DNA from: an uncultured Eubacteriales bacterium
GTDB taxonomy: Bacteria > Bacillota > Clostridia > Oscillospirales > Acutalibacteraceae
Length of the DNA stretch: 64,000 nucleotides
Reading direction: 5' to 3'
Assembly: GCA_900315465.1 (NCBI GenBank)
Contig: OMZF01000101.1
Coordinates: forward strand, 18,181 to 82,180
Of the stretch, positions 37,701 to 52,700 are shown piece by piece. The number at the start of each line of letters is the position of its first letter. Within the stretch, counting starts at the first letter, position 1. The position numbers and the translations under genes were made by a program. Below the pieces are notes generated by a model that saw only the letters and a list, made by a program, of their open reading frames with translations, was not told where the DNA came from and did no database searches.

Positions 37701-40700
37701 TGAACTTATAGTTTCCAACTCTTTTGTAGGTGACGGTGAGTCTATAAAATTCAAAAAGATATGGCTTGCAGACGGTGAGGAACAATATAAGACAAATATT
37801 GGTATTCAGGCATCTATCCGTGCGATGCCCCGACCTGACACAGATAAGGATACTGACTATGTGTCACCGAATTACAAACAGAGTATATCCGCAGTTGCAA
37901 ATAGGTTAAATAAAAGGAACGGCAAAACTAAAGGTCAGGAAGGGTATATAGATGTAACCGGTTGGGAAGATATAGAAAATACTACTGAGCTTGAGACATG
38001 GATTCTGCAAATGAAGCAGAAGATCTACGACGACTGGAAAGCTGCATATATTGACAATATTTGGGAAAGAGCAGATAAGTATATCGAAAACTCGACTGAT
38101 AAGCGTTACACATGGAAAAACGAACAGTTAAGTAGTAGTATATCATATGATCCTGAAAATTGGATAATAAATGGTTATACTAAAGAAGAAGATGAAATCA
38201 GATACGTCAATGTCGGGAGGTTGGCATGGGATTATATAACAAACAAAGCTAATCTTCCTACACGACCGGAAGATTATAATGATAATACACCTTCGATAAC
38301 TGCTGCAAAAACAAAAAATGAATGGCAACAGATGTCGGGACATAAGTATTTCCCATGGGAAAGCGGTTATGGCGGAATTGATGACATTTTCCCCGAACTT
38401 GATGAAAACAATCCGCAAAGCAGTCAGACAAATGTAACAGATTATCCTTGGCCGGAATATACTGGCAGTGGTTGGTCACGCAATGCAAATAATTTTACCG
38501 ATGTACTTCTTTCTGCAAATACAGAGAATGTAGGAAATAAATTAGACTTCACTTCAACAACTGATTATCCCAATATATCCACGACACAGAAAAATCAGTA
38601 CAGCACTTTTGTAAATAATGTAAAAACAGACAAAAAACTGCTTTCAACAGGTATAACGCTCAAAGAAGATAACACATGGGAAAGTGAGCTTGGAATATAT
38701 CCTGATTATAACAAGGGTACAGGAGACGGTCAGAGTCAGAATAATTATGATCTCCGTGATTTCAGGGAATATCTTGCTCCCGGTCAAAATTCGAATGGTA
38801 CTACGCAAAAAAGTGTTACATCACAGGAATTTATTGCAGTAAAAGATAATAACGGAACAGAAATAGAGCCTGTAAAGACTGCAAGTAATAAATGGGTAGA
38901 GGGTGCGAAAACCACTTATTGGTATCAGGGTGATGATCAGAGTCAGCAGCAAGCGGCAACGAACAGTACCGATATGCTTAATCAAAATGTCAGCTATATC
39001 AGTAATGGTAAAGACGTTATTGCATATTCATGGCTTGCAGGAGTGCTTAAAGCTACATATGAAGGCGGTTTGACACGTTATTATGCGGTTCAGGAGGTAC
39101 CTCAATATAAAGGTGGTACTCCGACTGATGAAAATCATAATAAGGGAATTTCCGAAATTACCTTTATGAACAACCGCTGTGGTGTTGTCAATTATCATGT
39201 ACAGTTCGACTGGAAAGTCGGTGATATGATAAAGAATGGAACTCTTAAAAAGCTTAAGTTAAAGTTGCAGGCTGATTATGGCAGCGGCTACACTGATTTA
39301 ATTATTGATAATAATCCTTATTTTGAAATTACCATTACAGAAGATCTTACTGACTATTATATTTATAATCTTCCTAAATACACAAATCTCGGTAACCTTA
39401 TCACTTACAGAATTTCGGAATACAGTATAAATGATGATATAGTATTTAATAATGATGTAAGTGATACCGTAAGGTTTGAAAAAGATGGTACAACATATCA
39501 GGTTGAAAGAGAAGATCTTGCTACACAATTTAATACTTCTTCAAACAGTGATGACTGTTACAATGTAAAATTTACCAACAGTCTTTCGGGTACTACACAA
39601 ACAACAGTTTATAAGGCATGGATAGATGACAGCAACGATCAGGGTACAGGCAGAAGACCTGAACTTTATATCCGTCTGTATCATCAGAGTGTATCCGATT
39701 TGAATGGAGTAACAACCATAAAACAGCCATTTGCACGTGCAGATCTCGGTAAGGACTATCTCTGGGAAGGAAGTAATTATACAGATATATGGACATATAC
39801 TTATCAGAATCTTGATAAATATGACGATGACGGTTATCCTTACACTTATTATGTAGAAGAGTTTCCCGGTGACTTGGCAGCGTATGATTATGTCACACAT
39901 TATTATAAAGGTCATATCGACAATGATGATTATGTTAATGTCAGCGGCAAGGTCATAAGGGAAATTACCGGTCTGAAGAATGTTTCTAATGAAAACGTAA
40001 ACGGTATTGATTCTCTTGCAATGGATGGTGACACTATTGTAAACAAGAGAAAAAAGGAAATTAACATACAAGGTACAAAAGTATGGCAGAATATTGCCGA
40101 AAGTTTGCAGAAGAAGAATTATCCGATAGCTGATATTTTCCTTTACAAGACAACAAAGCAGGCGAATATTACTACAGCTGAAAATGTTTATGCTGTTCCT
40201 ATGGGTCAGCTTGCAGGCAAAAAGTTGTATATAAGCCTCGATGGTCTTCCTGATAAGGACGAGGATAATAATTCGTATGTTTATCAGGTATTTGAGTGTA
40301 ATGCAAACGGCGATAATGAAACAAGTATTGAATTCAATAAAACAGGTGATGTTATTGAGTTCTCAAAGGATAATACAGGCAGTGTATTTTATTTCAAAAT
40401 AAAGAGAACCAAAACTACAAATAGTGATCCATCAACCACAACGACAGAATTGATAAAGGCGGAATCTGTAAGTACATATGTTGAATCCTCTGACGGTCAG
40501 TATAGTCTTATAGAGTATAATGAAGATGATGAAAATAAGAATAAGACCGAGCTTATCAATATCACCCAGATATTCAAAGGTGATGCTACTTTCGGTTTTG
40601 GCAGAGAGGGTACACTTAAAAAGAATAACAATGAAGTGCAGTATACAAGTCATGGAAATGCACTTTTTGATTATGTTGACGGTCAGAATGAAAAAGGATT

Positions 40701-43700
40701 ATATCTGCCTAAGTACGATGAAAGAGGTGCATTGATAAAATATTCAATGCGTGAGCGTGCGATAAACGGGTATACGTTCCATATCAGTGACCAGACCATT
40801 ATCAATGATTATACGGGCGGTGATAAGGTAAAAATCAAATTCCACAAAGATTGGAAAAATATGGTTGAGGATACCGCAAACGCATATCCTAAACTTGTAA
40901 TAACACTTCATCAGGCTTATATAGGAAAAGATTCTTCAAATGATATTCAGCTGAAAGATTATAAGACATATTCCAAGGTATTTTATCCGAATTCGGAACG
41001 TGCAAAAAGTTTTGAAGCAATATTCGGAGATACCGAAGACCTGAGAAAATATGCTCCTGACGGCAACGAATTCTATTATTATATCACAGAAAGAATGATA
41101 GATGCCGAGCATACTCCGGGAGATAGTTTGTCGAGTGATTATTACTGTGATTTCCAGAACACCTATATAGTGGCAAAGAAAAATGGAAACAGTTATATCA
41201 ATACACAAAACAATCAGGCACTTGATACTCAAAATTATAAAAAAGTATACCCCAGTGAAAATGATATAAAAATTTACAATGACAAAAATGATACTGTAAT
41301 GGGTGAGTACTGTGTATTCAAGAAAACAGAGTCCGATGGCGGACTTGAAAAACACAGCGGTATGGGTTTCATCTGTACAATAGAAGAAGTAATTCCAAAA
41401 GTAACGCATTACAAGGATGTTGACGGTAATTTATCTAATGTTGTTATTGCTGATAATAAGTATTATGATTCCAATAATCCGGATGGTATTGAACTCAGTA
41501 CAGATACACTTATAAACCAATACTTATCGGGTAAAAGTGTTGATTACCATGACGAAGATGTTATTGTAACAAACAGGTATCAGCCTGATATTGAAAACTT
41601 CCAGGGTCATATTACTGTAGATAAATCATGGAATAATCGTGATTCACAGGCTGAGAACAGTAAAAACAGCGAATTCGAGGAGATAAGCAACTATAAATTC
41701 ACCTTGAAGCGTAAAACAATGAAAGTAAAGGAAAAGAGTCTTTTCCAGATAGTAACAGGTGGATATTATTCCAACAGACCAAATGTGCCAAGGATTGTTA
41801 TTGGTGCAGGTCTGACAGACGGTGTATTCCAAATAAGCTATAATGATGCAAATGACAAACTTGTTACAGAGTGGGTAGATGAAAATGGACAGCATTACAT
41901 TAAATATGTAGATGATAGTAATCAAACAGTAACAGAGATTCTTGCTGAAAATGCAGAAGCACCTAAACACCCGAAGTTCTATCCTTACGGCTATGACGAT
42001 AAAAAACTTCAAAACTATGATGAAGCGATCCTGACCGAAGCAGATTATAAATATTATGCTTGTAAAATGGTTTTGAAGAAAAATGCTTACGGAGATATTG
42101 AAATACCTGTTCAGGTCAGAGTATATCCATCAAGTGAGGACAGACGAGTAGAAATATACGGACTTGCTATATATGCACAGGATGGTGTACCATATACATA
42201 CATCATAGAGGAGGTAGCAGCGTCTGCATATGAGGCATCACCGTTAAGGGCAACCCGTCAGATGGTTGTAGACCATGCTTCAACCGAAAATACAACAGGA
42301 TATGCACCTGTTAACAGTCTTTATACTGTACCTGTTGATTATGTACAGAGAGGAAAGCTATTTTTAAGGATTGAAGATTTGCCTAAAAAAGATGGCAGCA
42401 ATAATTCATATACCTATTCGGTAGAGGAATGTGATCAAAATGGTGCTTCTCTTGCAAAACAGTCAATAAATCTGCATTATGAAAATAAGGAAAACAATAA
42501 GGTTGCACTTGAACTTTCAAAAGAGTATGCCGATGATTACAGCAGAAAGCTTTATTTTAAGATAAAGCGTACAGCAGGCAATACAACAGAGTATCTGGAT
42601 GACGCAAGTAAAAAAGCAATAGTATATGACCGCTACGGTTCAGACAGCTTTGCACTTACGAATATATTAAAGACATTCGATCTGCGTCTGAACAAGGTGT
42701 TCGGAAGATGGTATACTGACAGCAACAATCAGAAAAAATACGAGGTTATTACCTCAGAAGACTATAGTCAGTTCTTCAATCAAAAGTATATTGACAGTCT
42801 TCGTTTCCAGATTCAGAGAAAGCTTACCACAGATTCACAATGGGAACCTTATGATTATAGAATGATGAGTTCTCAGAGCGGAAAAACAAGTGCTGATGCA
42901 GGCGTGATCAGCGGAAGTCAGCTAATTTATGATTCAGGTAATGGTACATATTACTTCAAATTCATAGATCTGCCGCTTTATAAGCCCGGCAGCTCACTTT
43001 TAGAGGAAGATAAGGTCTACGAGTACAGAATTGTTGAGTTTAATGAAGCTGAACTGGACGTGAATGTAAATGCGAAAGATCCAGCCACAACTCTGAGTGC
43101 ATTTTATCTCAAAGTAGGCAGGAAAACTACAGAAGGAAACACTGAACCTGAGTATCTGACAACCGGATTTACTGCAAAAATTCCGGGCGGCAGTGATCTT
43201 ACAGTAACAAATGGTGTCATAAGCGTACCTAATCCAGCTTCGTCAAATGCAAAAATAGCAATAGAAGGCTTGGATTTTAGCGATGTAAACGGAAAGAGCT
43301 ACATTTATGAAGCAGTTCAGTGTGATTCAAACGGAGATGTTACTTCACCTGAAACTATAGATATATCAGGTGTAAGGCTTGGCGTGTGGAAATCACAGGA
43401 TACAGAACACGTTGAAATGCATTATCCTCAGTATCAGAACGACATAAATAATGTAGCCTCCCAGACATCTCCATATACCAAACATGAAACATCTCAAACA
43501 ATCAAGGGTACTACTCAGAATGTCTATGTACGCAATATTTTTGAGTCAAAGTCCATAACACTTGATAAATACTGGGATGACGATAATAATGCGGATGGTT
43601 TGCGTCCTGAGAGTCTGCAGATACGTATTTATGAAAATGTTCCGAATTCCGGAAATAACGGAGCAGAATTTCTGCCTTCAACAAACCCTGTTGTAATAAA

Positions 43701-46700
43701 CAAAACACTGAAAAGCAGTGAAGAATGGCATAAGATAGTAGCACTGCCAATGTATTATTATAACGGTAAAGCACCGATAGCAGATCTTACATATTCTATC
43801 CGTGAAAAGACACTTGACGCTGTTGTTACAAATAACGGATATGTTCATACAGACTACGGTTATAAGAAGAAAGAAAATGATAATGTAACCAGAGTATCTC
43901 TTGCGGGCAAAGAAACAGCAAATGCTCCGTTCAAATTGCCCGGAGCTGACGGAACTGATACTCAGCCGCTGTATGGTGTATCATCAGAAACAGCAGTTAC
44001 TCCTATAAAAATAAGTGACGATGATTTCGTAGGCTTGTATCTTGAGAATACCAAGACGAGAGTAAACAGCGTTCTTACCTTTACAAAGGACTGGGATGAT
44101 GATAAATACAAAGCTGATTACAGACCCGATAATGTGTATGTAAAGATACTCCGCAACACGAAAAATACAGCAACTATTGATGACAGTAATATGTTTGTTG
44201 TTGACGGGCTGGTGAAAGACGAGGATACAAACATAATCATAAGAAATCTTGCTGAAAATTATGATTATCAGGTACTTATATGTACTTCAACCGGCAGTCT
44301 TATTGAAACAATTACACCAACTGTAACTACAGCTGACGGTGTAACTGAATGTTCTTTCACAACCAAAGTTACCGCAGAAAACCAAAAGTTATATTTCAGA
44401 CTCAGACAAAAAACCACGAACAGTAATAGTTACACAGTAGTAAATAAAGATATAAACGGTTCACGTCTGGTAGCAATCGTTGACAAATCAAATATTTCTC
44501 AGTCAGATGTTGTAAAAGCTGATAATCAGAATAATCCTGTGGGAATTGTTATCAACAGTACTTCCTATAATGCAGCAGGGGGAGTATATACTATTCCGGC
44601 TGGTAATGCAGCAAACGGATATAATACAGTTGTTATACAAAATCTGCTGAAAAAGAGCGGAAATGATGTATATAACTATAGTCTTGTTGATGAAAACGGA
44701 AATGCATTGAATGGTACAAATCCTAGCCTTACTCTTTATCAAAATGTTGACAATCCGAATAATTACAATGCGATGATTGTATATAACGGTACGGATGAGT
44801 TTAAGTTCAAACTAAAACAGAGACTTGGTGATGCACAAGCAACTGATGTAGGAGATTCTGCAAAACGTTTTATATCCGCAGATCAGACAACAGGTGTTGT
44901 AGAACTTCCTGTTGATAAGAATACGGATAAAGCCGATTACTACTTTGAAAATCTGAGCTACGGTACAAACGCTTCGGGTAACACTCAGATAAACGGTACA
45001 TGGTCACCGTATTACTATACTGTTGTAGAGTGTGACAGAAATGGTAATGATATTACCGCTGTTATGTCTGATACAAACACTCCGAAAAATGAAACAACTG
45101 ATTCAAAAATCAATGTATCTAAAAAGATAAAATTTACGATCAGTGGTCTTGAAAGCATAGCTGAATCAAAAACGTATATCAATCTTAAAATTACCCGTAA
45201 TGGCGGCTCAGCAACTGATCAAATAGTAGTATATGATGTAAATAACAGACCTGTACATATAACCTTGCAGGAAACTGTTAATGGCACAGATCAAACAGTA
45301 AACAATGAATATTACGCAAGCGTAGGCAGTGTAGTTTCAAATGGTATAATAGTAGTGCCGATTCCATCCAATGGCAGTAATATTACAGGCTATATCGAAG
45401 ATCTCCCTGTCGGTTATGAATACAACGGTACATGGAGCGAATACACTTATAATATTGTACGTTGTAAAGCAAACGGAGATAATCATGGAACACCTGTTAC
45501 GGTAACACCATATCCATTAAAATGCGAGTACGAATATGAACCATTGTATACCGATCTTACATTTACCAAAACATGGGATTCATCAGCTTCTGATTACAAG
45601 CTTCGTCCTTCCGAAGTATATTTCAAACTTTACAGAACTTATGATGGTGCAACCGGTGCTGATGCAGATGAATTGGTAACAACTTTCGGTGATAATACGG
45701 CTCTTACGGCAAAGATAAATGATGCAGTTCATAATATTTCTCCTGAAAATGGTTATTTCACCTTACCCGTATCATCAGATTCACTCACAGTCAGCTTTGA
45801 GGGATTGCCAAACGGAAAAGTTGTTGCAGATGGTCATGGTAACGGCATATGGAAAGAGTATAAGTATTATATCAAAGAAGTTGATTCAAATAATACAGAT
45901 CTTGCTTCCACAAGCCCGTATGAATGGGAACAGAAAAAAGGTGTTGAAAAGCCATTCAACATTACCAAAGTCAGCAATTATTATACAAAGGCAACTCTTT
46001 CAGAGGGTATTGAAAACAGTATTATCAAAACTGAACATAAACTTGAAAAAACATGGTTTGATGAAGATAATACCTATGATATTCGTAAGAATTATGTGGT
46101 CACTCTCCAGAGACGAGAGGGAGATCATGGTAACTGGCAAAATGTAGATCTGAGCGGTACAGAAATAACTGCCAAAGAAAAATCAGATGGTACTCCCGTT
46201 AGTTTGAACGCTGAGGGAACTAATCATGAACTTTTGAATCTGACAAAAGATAAATTATATGCTGTTGTTTCAAATCTTCCTAAATACAGTTCATCAGGTA
46301 ATGAATATACATATAGATTTATTGAAGCATCAATAGGCGGAAATGATGTAAAAGGCAATAATGCGTCACTGGAAGAAAATTACCTTTTCCACATTCCCGG
46401 AAGAAATGGTGCGGAAACTTCATATGTTACACAGTGGCATACAGGTACAAAAGATTATAGTGTAGATTATGATTATAATACTACAGCAACAAGCAAAGTT
46501 ACAAACAGTGTTGTAACAAATGCTGTTTCATTTGTATCGGTGTCTGCTAATTTGAATTGGGTAGATGAATGGAATCTCTACGGAAAACGTCCTGAAAGCG
46601 TTACATATAAACTGTGGAGAACCAAAACTACTATTACAGATACCGGAAAGAATGATTCTGACGGTAACAAGATATATTACAGAAGTGAGCCTGTCATAGA

Positions 46701-49700
46701 CGGTGATTTCAAAAACTATGTGACTGTAGACGAAAGCGAAGCCAAAGACTGGAAACATGAATGGAGTACATGTGCGGCATTTGATGATAAGGGTAATGAA
46801 TATGATTACTTTGTAGACATATACCTCAATAATCAAGACGAGGTCATTCCGTACTATGAATCATCAGGTACATCTAATATTGGTTATGATGAACACGGTC
46901 ATATTGCAAAGAAGTATGTATTTACAGAAACATATAATCCTCCCAGAAAGAGTATAACCGTTTCAAAAAAGTGGAACGATCAGGAAAATATTTTCGGGTA
47001 TCGTCCAAATGATATTACTGTGAATTTATCATGTAAATATGAAGTTACTGAAGAAATCTATACCGAAAAGCAGAATGATAATACAGTTAAGGCTTACTAC
47101 ATAAAAGAAGGCGATAAGTATTATTACAGCGGGCCTTTGAGCGGTCTTTACAGTATAGTAAATAATGACACATATACTGCTTATTCAGAGGGAAGTACAA
47201 AAACATTAACTTCAAACGATAGCTGGGCTTATAAATCATTTGATGGTCTTCCGGCATGGGTGAATCCCACAGGAACGGCACGTACAAATGGTGAATATGT
47301 AAGAGTAACATACTACCTTACAGAAAATTGTCCGGCAAACTACACGTGCACTACTGCCGATCCTATTTTACTTATAGATACCGGTATGAGATATGACAGC
47401 AAAAGTGCGGATGTTAATAATCAAGGTATTATAACAATACCTGTGAACAGTTACTTTAAAGATGGCAATAATGTTAAAGCTATGATACCGCATCTTTCGG
47501 AAAAGGATTCATACGGTAATACGTATGTTTACACAATAACCGAAGTTGATTCCGAGGGAAATGCTGTCAGCAGCTCTGATATGAGTGCGACTAAAAACGA
47601 AAAGTACGATATTTCACATGATAATGAAATAGCGTATGACATTTCAAAGCCTATCAGCATTGAGTCACCTCCCGATAATATTTATGTTAAGGTTACAAGA
47701 GCTCACAAGGTCAGTGAAACTAAAACCTGTACAATTAATAACACTAATACAATAACCCCGTCTGAGACCTGCTCTGTTGTTAATTCACAGGTAGTAATGG
47801 TTCAAGTACCAAAAGATACAAGTACAATTTTAACATTTGATGTTGCAAATCTACCGGCACAGAACAACGGGCATAATCTGACTTATAGTGCGGAGCTTGT
47901 TGATTATGAAGGTAACGTTCAGCCACAAGATGATGTTACTTACACATCATCAGTAACTGATAGTATTACTTTTTCAGTAACCAAGAGTAATATATCGACA
48001 GACACCACAAGACCTGAGCATCTTTTCTTTAAAATCAAAAGCAATTGCAGTTATACAGAAACTGAAACTGTTAAAAAGGACTTCAGCAATCAGGATTTGA
48101 AAGCTGTGGTATTTAAGGAAGAACCCGATGTAACAAAAGTTACAAATACAGATAATCCTGTTTTGCTCGAAGTTCCTGAAAACAGAAGCTACACTTTTGA
48201 AAACACCCTTATAACCCGAGATGTAGTTGTTGTAAGGAATTGGAACGATAACGATTACGCTTCCGAAAAGGGTGCTGCTCAGCAGACTATCCTCAATGAT
48301 ATGCATTACAATCAGAAGGTTGTACTTACATCAGATGATTTCGGTAGTGCGGTAACAGGTCGTCAGATTACAGAAGGTGCTTACACCGGCTTCCAATACA
48401 GCGAAAGCAGGGTAATAGGCAGCAGTGAAAATGCCGTTGTATTCAAAAATCTTCCTAAGTTTAAGGCAGATGGTAAAACAGAGATCAGTTATAAGCTGTT
48501 TATGGATAAAACAACTGATGCAGAGTCAACCGGAACAGATGTTTATACCGATACGCTTCCGACAGAAAACGGAACAAAAATAACCAATATTGCTGATTCT
48601 TACAGATTCGGTACACCAAGTGCAAATGGTTCTAAAGAATATGGTTATGATTCCGACTGTTATGTTAACCAGGGAGATACATTGACAAAGTATACTATTA
48701 TCAATGAACTTCCTCTTACAGCTGTGGATGTTATAAAGACATGGGACGACCGGAGTAATATCTTTAAACTCAGACCTGCAGTTCCTGTAGCACATAAAGA
48801 CTCTAACAATAAAGTTACTACTGTTGACCCTGACCCATTGGGAATGACTTTGACGACAACCACAACGCCGTCAATTGATAATTCTTGGGCAGCACCTCAG
48901 TCATATATATTAAAGGACAGTGTTCCGACAGATAATAACAATGACACATGGACTTACTCATATCAGAAGCTTTTGAAGTATAATAAGAATAATCAGCATT
49001 ATTACTTCAAAGCAGACGAGCATTTTATTGAACAGTATGTAAATGAAACTGCGAAAGTTGGGGATACATCCTATACAGCCACAGATAATTTGTATACTGT
49101 TCCAGAGAAGGATGTTCAGAATACATATTGTGTAGTATTTGAGAATCTGCCAACAAAAGACGATTTTGGCAGAAGCTATACCTATATTGCAGAACGTTGT
49201 AAGTCTGATGGTACAGCGGCAGACACACAGAATTTGACAGTTACTACAACAGATACAAATACTGTAATTTCGGGTACAGCTGATACAAATCCGGATAATA
49301 ATTCTGAATATCTGTATTTCAAACTGAAACGCAGAAGTTCTCACCTGATGGATTATAATGATCCGAGCTATACTAAACATAATTTCTCACAAATTTCAGA
49401 GGTAGAAGTTGCTAACCATATTTATGACGGCGTACATGCTCTTTCGACACAGCTTACGCTCACAAATGCCCTTGATACCCGTACAGTTACTGTTAAAAAG
49501 GATTGGTATGATAACGATTATGATAGTACGTTAGCAAGTGATCTCCATTATGATCTGGATATTACTTTGAGCAGTCCTACACTTGAGTGTACTGATAATG
49601 ATAAGAAGGATAATTCCGGAAAGTACAAAGAAACAATTAAGCTTACAAAGGGTAATACCACAGGTGTTACATTTACCGGGTTGCCGAAGTATGATGCAAG

Positions 49701-52700
49701 CGGTGATGTAATAGTCTATAATGTCCGTGAGGATGCTAATCCCAAAAACACCTCTCCGGCTGCTGACAGGGCGGCAGTTAATATTACAAAGAAAACCGAA
49801 GTAACAAATTACGATCTGGAAACAGCCCCGAAATTCACAGACGGTGACAGACATTACGGTTATGTGGGAAGTGCGGTCTATACTGCGGAAAATGAGGGAA
49901 CAAAGAATTATCTTTCACAGGTAGACATCACAAATACTCTGCCGCTGACGGCTGTTAAGGTTGTTAAGCACTGGGATGATTTCAGTAATAAGTATAGTAT
50001 CAGACCAAGCAGCATTGATCTGAAACTTACCGCAAAAACAACAAATGATGGCTCAACGTGGGTTGACCCTGCAAATGACAGCGGAAATCACTATTTGTCT
50101 AAAACGTCTATGACAACACCTACTATTTATACATCAGCCGGAGATGACTGGACATATACCTATACAAAGCTGTTGAAGTATGATGTAAAGAACTTACCTT
50201 ATAGTTTCAAGGTAGAGGAGACATTTACTTCACCTGCTACGAGTGTAACAGGCTATACTGCTCCGAAGTATTGCAGACCGAGTGAAAATGATAACAATCG
50301 ACAGACTGTTACAGGAGATGCTCTTGATACTTTGTCATCAGGCAGTACATGGGATGGAAATACAGCACTTTCAACTCCTATGGAACTTACTAATAGCCTT
50401 GACACAAGAGATATTATCGTAACAAAGACATGGGCTGATAATGGCTATACAGGTACTGATACTCACTATAATGTTAAAGTAACACTTGATGCTGATAACG
50501 ATCTTACGATCAAGGAAAAGACAATAGGGGCTACAGTTGACGATTTAGCTTGTAATGTAGACGCTGCAACAGGTCTTATTACGGTCAATGTTCCTGCAAA
50601 TACAACCAAAAGTGTTGTAATTGGAGGTTTACCGAAGAAAGATGAATCCGGTGCAGATTATACCTATACTGTTGTTCAGTGTAATAACATAGGTGCACAA
50701 ACAGGCACACTTACACCGACAATAAATCATTCCGGTGATTATAATGTAATTACTGTATCGGTTAATAACAGCGAAGCCCAAGCTTCAGATTGTTATATCA
50801 AAGTAAAGAGAAACACCACCGAAACCGTCAGACGCATACCCGACAATACTGCTAATGCATACACTGATTCTCAGATAATCAGTAGTCGTGCGGGCAGCGG
50901 CTACAGTGTTGTATTCAAAGATGTACCGAAATACAAATCAGACGGTACTGCATATATATTTAAATTGACAGAAACACCGTCCGATGCCGTAGCAGATGCA
51001 AGCACAATCGGTCAAACATCAGGAAGTACAGTGGTTAATTCTCATGAATTTACTGTTTCAGCTACTCGTTTCGGTTATACAGGTACTTGTAAGAAAAAGA
51101 CAAGCGGAACAGGCAATAAGGCGTATGTTGAGCAGTACGACATCACAAATACTCTGCCTGTATACGCTTTCAATGCAGATGTTGAGTGGGATGATGATAA
51201 TAACCGTGACGGTAAGCGTCCAACAAGTGATAATCTTTCGGTAATTCTAAGCAGAAGAATTGGTACTGGCACTAAGTCTACAGTAGCAACTGTTAGTACT
51301 AAATCAGATGCAGACAATAAGTGGAATTACACCCTGACGGGTGCTGTTCCGAAATATTCGGAAAGTAATGTTCTTTATATTTACAGCATATCTGAGAATG
51401 ATTTCACAAATTACGGAAGTTATACAAGAAAGTATTCAAAATCAATAACTATGGTTGCATCCGGTTTACCGACCAACAATAGTGCTGAATCCGGAACGAA
51501 TGAAGTTTCAGATATGAATACAACAACAACTGATACTGTTGCAACATTCCATATCAAAAATGAATATATTCCAGAAAAGGGAAGTATAACAATCAATAAG
51601 ACATGGGCAGGTGAAACATTAGAAGGGCATGATTACCGTAGTGTTGCACGACCGAATGACCTGACAGTTACTTTAAAACGAAAGTATCAAGGTGAAAATG
51701 ATACTGTAACAGAAGAAACCGTTGGAACATATAATGGGTCATGGACTAAGAATGATGATACATGGTCATTAACTATAGAAAATCTTTATCTCAATACAAA
51801 TCCGACCGCTGATAAAGTTACTAATGGTGCTTCAAAGGTTTATACATATTATTTTGAAGAAACTGTACCGGGAGGATATACGGTAACATATAGTCAAACT
51901 CAAAATACAGGTGTTAATCTTGTAAAAGATGGTACTGTTTATATGGGTGCAACGAATACCCTGAACAAAAAAAAGGTGAAATTCTATAAAGAGTGGGACG
52001 ATAGTAACTATTCTGATAGAGATCATATTCACTATGATGTTACAGCGGATATAAAACTTAATGGTACTGTAGTAAAGAATGTTACTATACCAAATGGAAA
52101 TACCACAGGGGTTGAAGTTGAGCTTCCGGAAAATATCGGAGGAACAGCAACAAGTTATACTCTTACAGAAACAAATATCAAGTATAATTATAACCCGACC
52201 TATAAAGTAGGCAATAGTGGTTCATATGATGCAACAGCTACATTCAATACCTCAGATAATTCTGTAACTATCAAAAACAGTCTACCGCTTGTAAGATTCA
52301 TAGTTCATAAGGACTGGGATGATGACAGCAACCGTGATAATAAGCGTCCTGAAAGTCTGACATTTACTCTTACACAAAACGGTAATTTAATCAAAAGTGA
52401 TATTACAACTTCCCCCGGAGGATGGACTTCTGATTATACGCCATATTATCTTGTATATGACAAAAACAATGCAAAGTATACTTACAGCATAACAGAAAAT
52501 GATTTTGCTAATAAATCAACTGATTATGCAGGTTCACCGATGTCAACAGTAATATCAGCTCCTGTTATAAGCGGTAATTTGACAGAATACACCTACACAT
52601 TCACCAATAAAAAGGTAACAACTTATAAAGGCGATTTGCAGGCAAACAAGAAATGGGACGGAGATGAAACACATAAAGAATACACCCGCCCAGCAAATGT

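Noticed and set aside
40270-40320. The conserved Cys in the EC[DN]xNG motif as a possible thioester-forming residue
   Set aside because: The Cys is missing in 3 of the 11 module copies and sits in a different context in a fourth. I see no partner Gln-containing motif of the thioester-domain type nearby. I leave it only as something to test.
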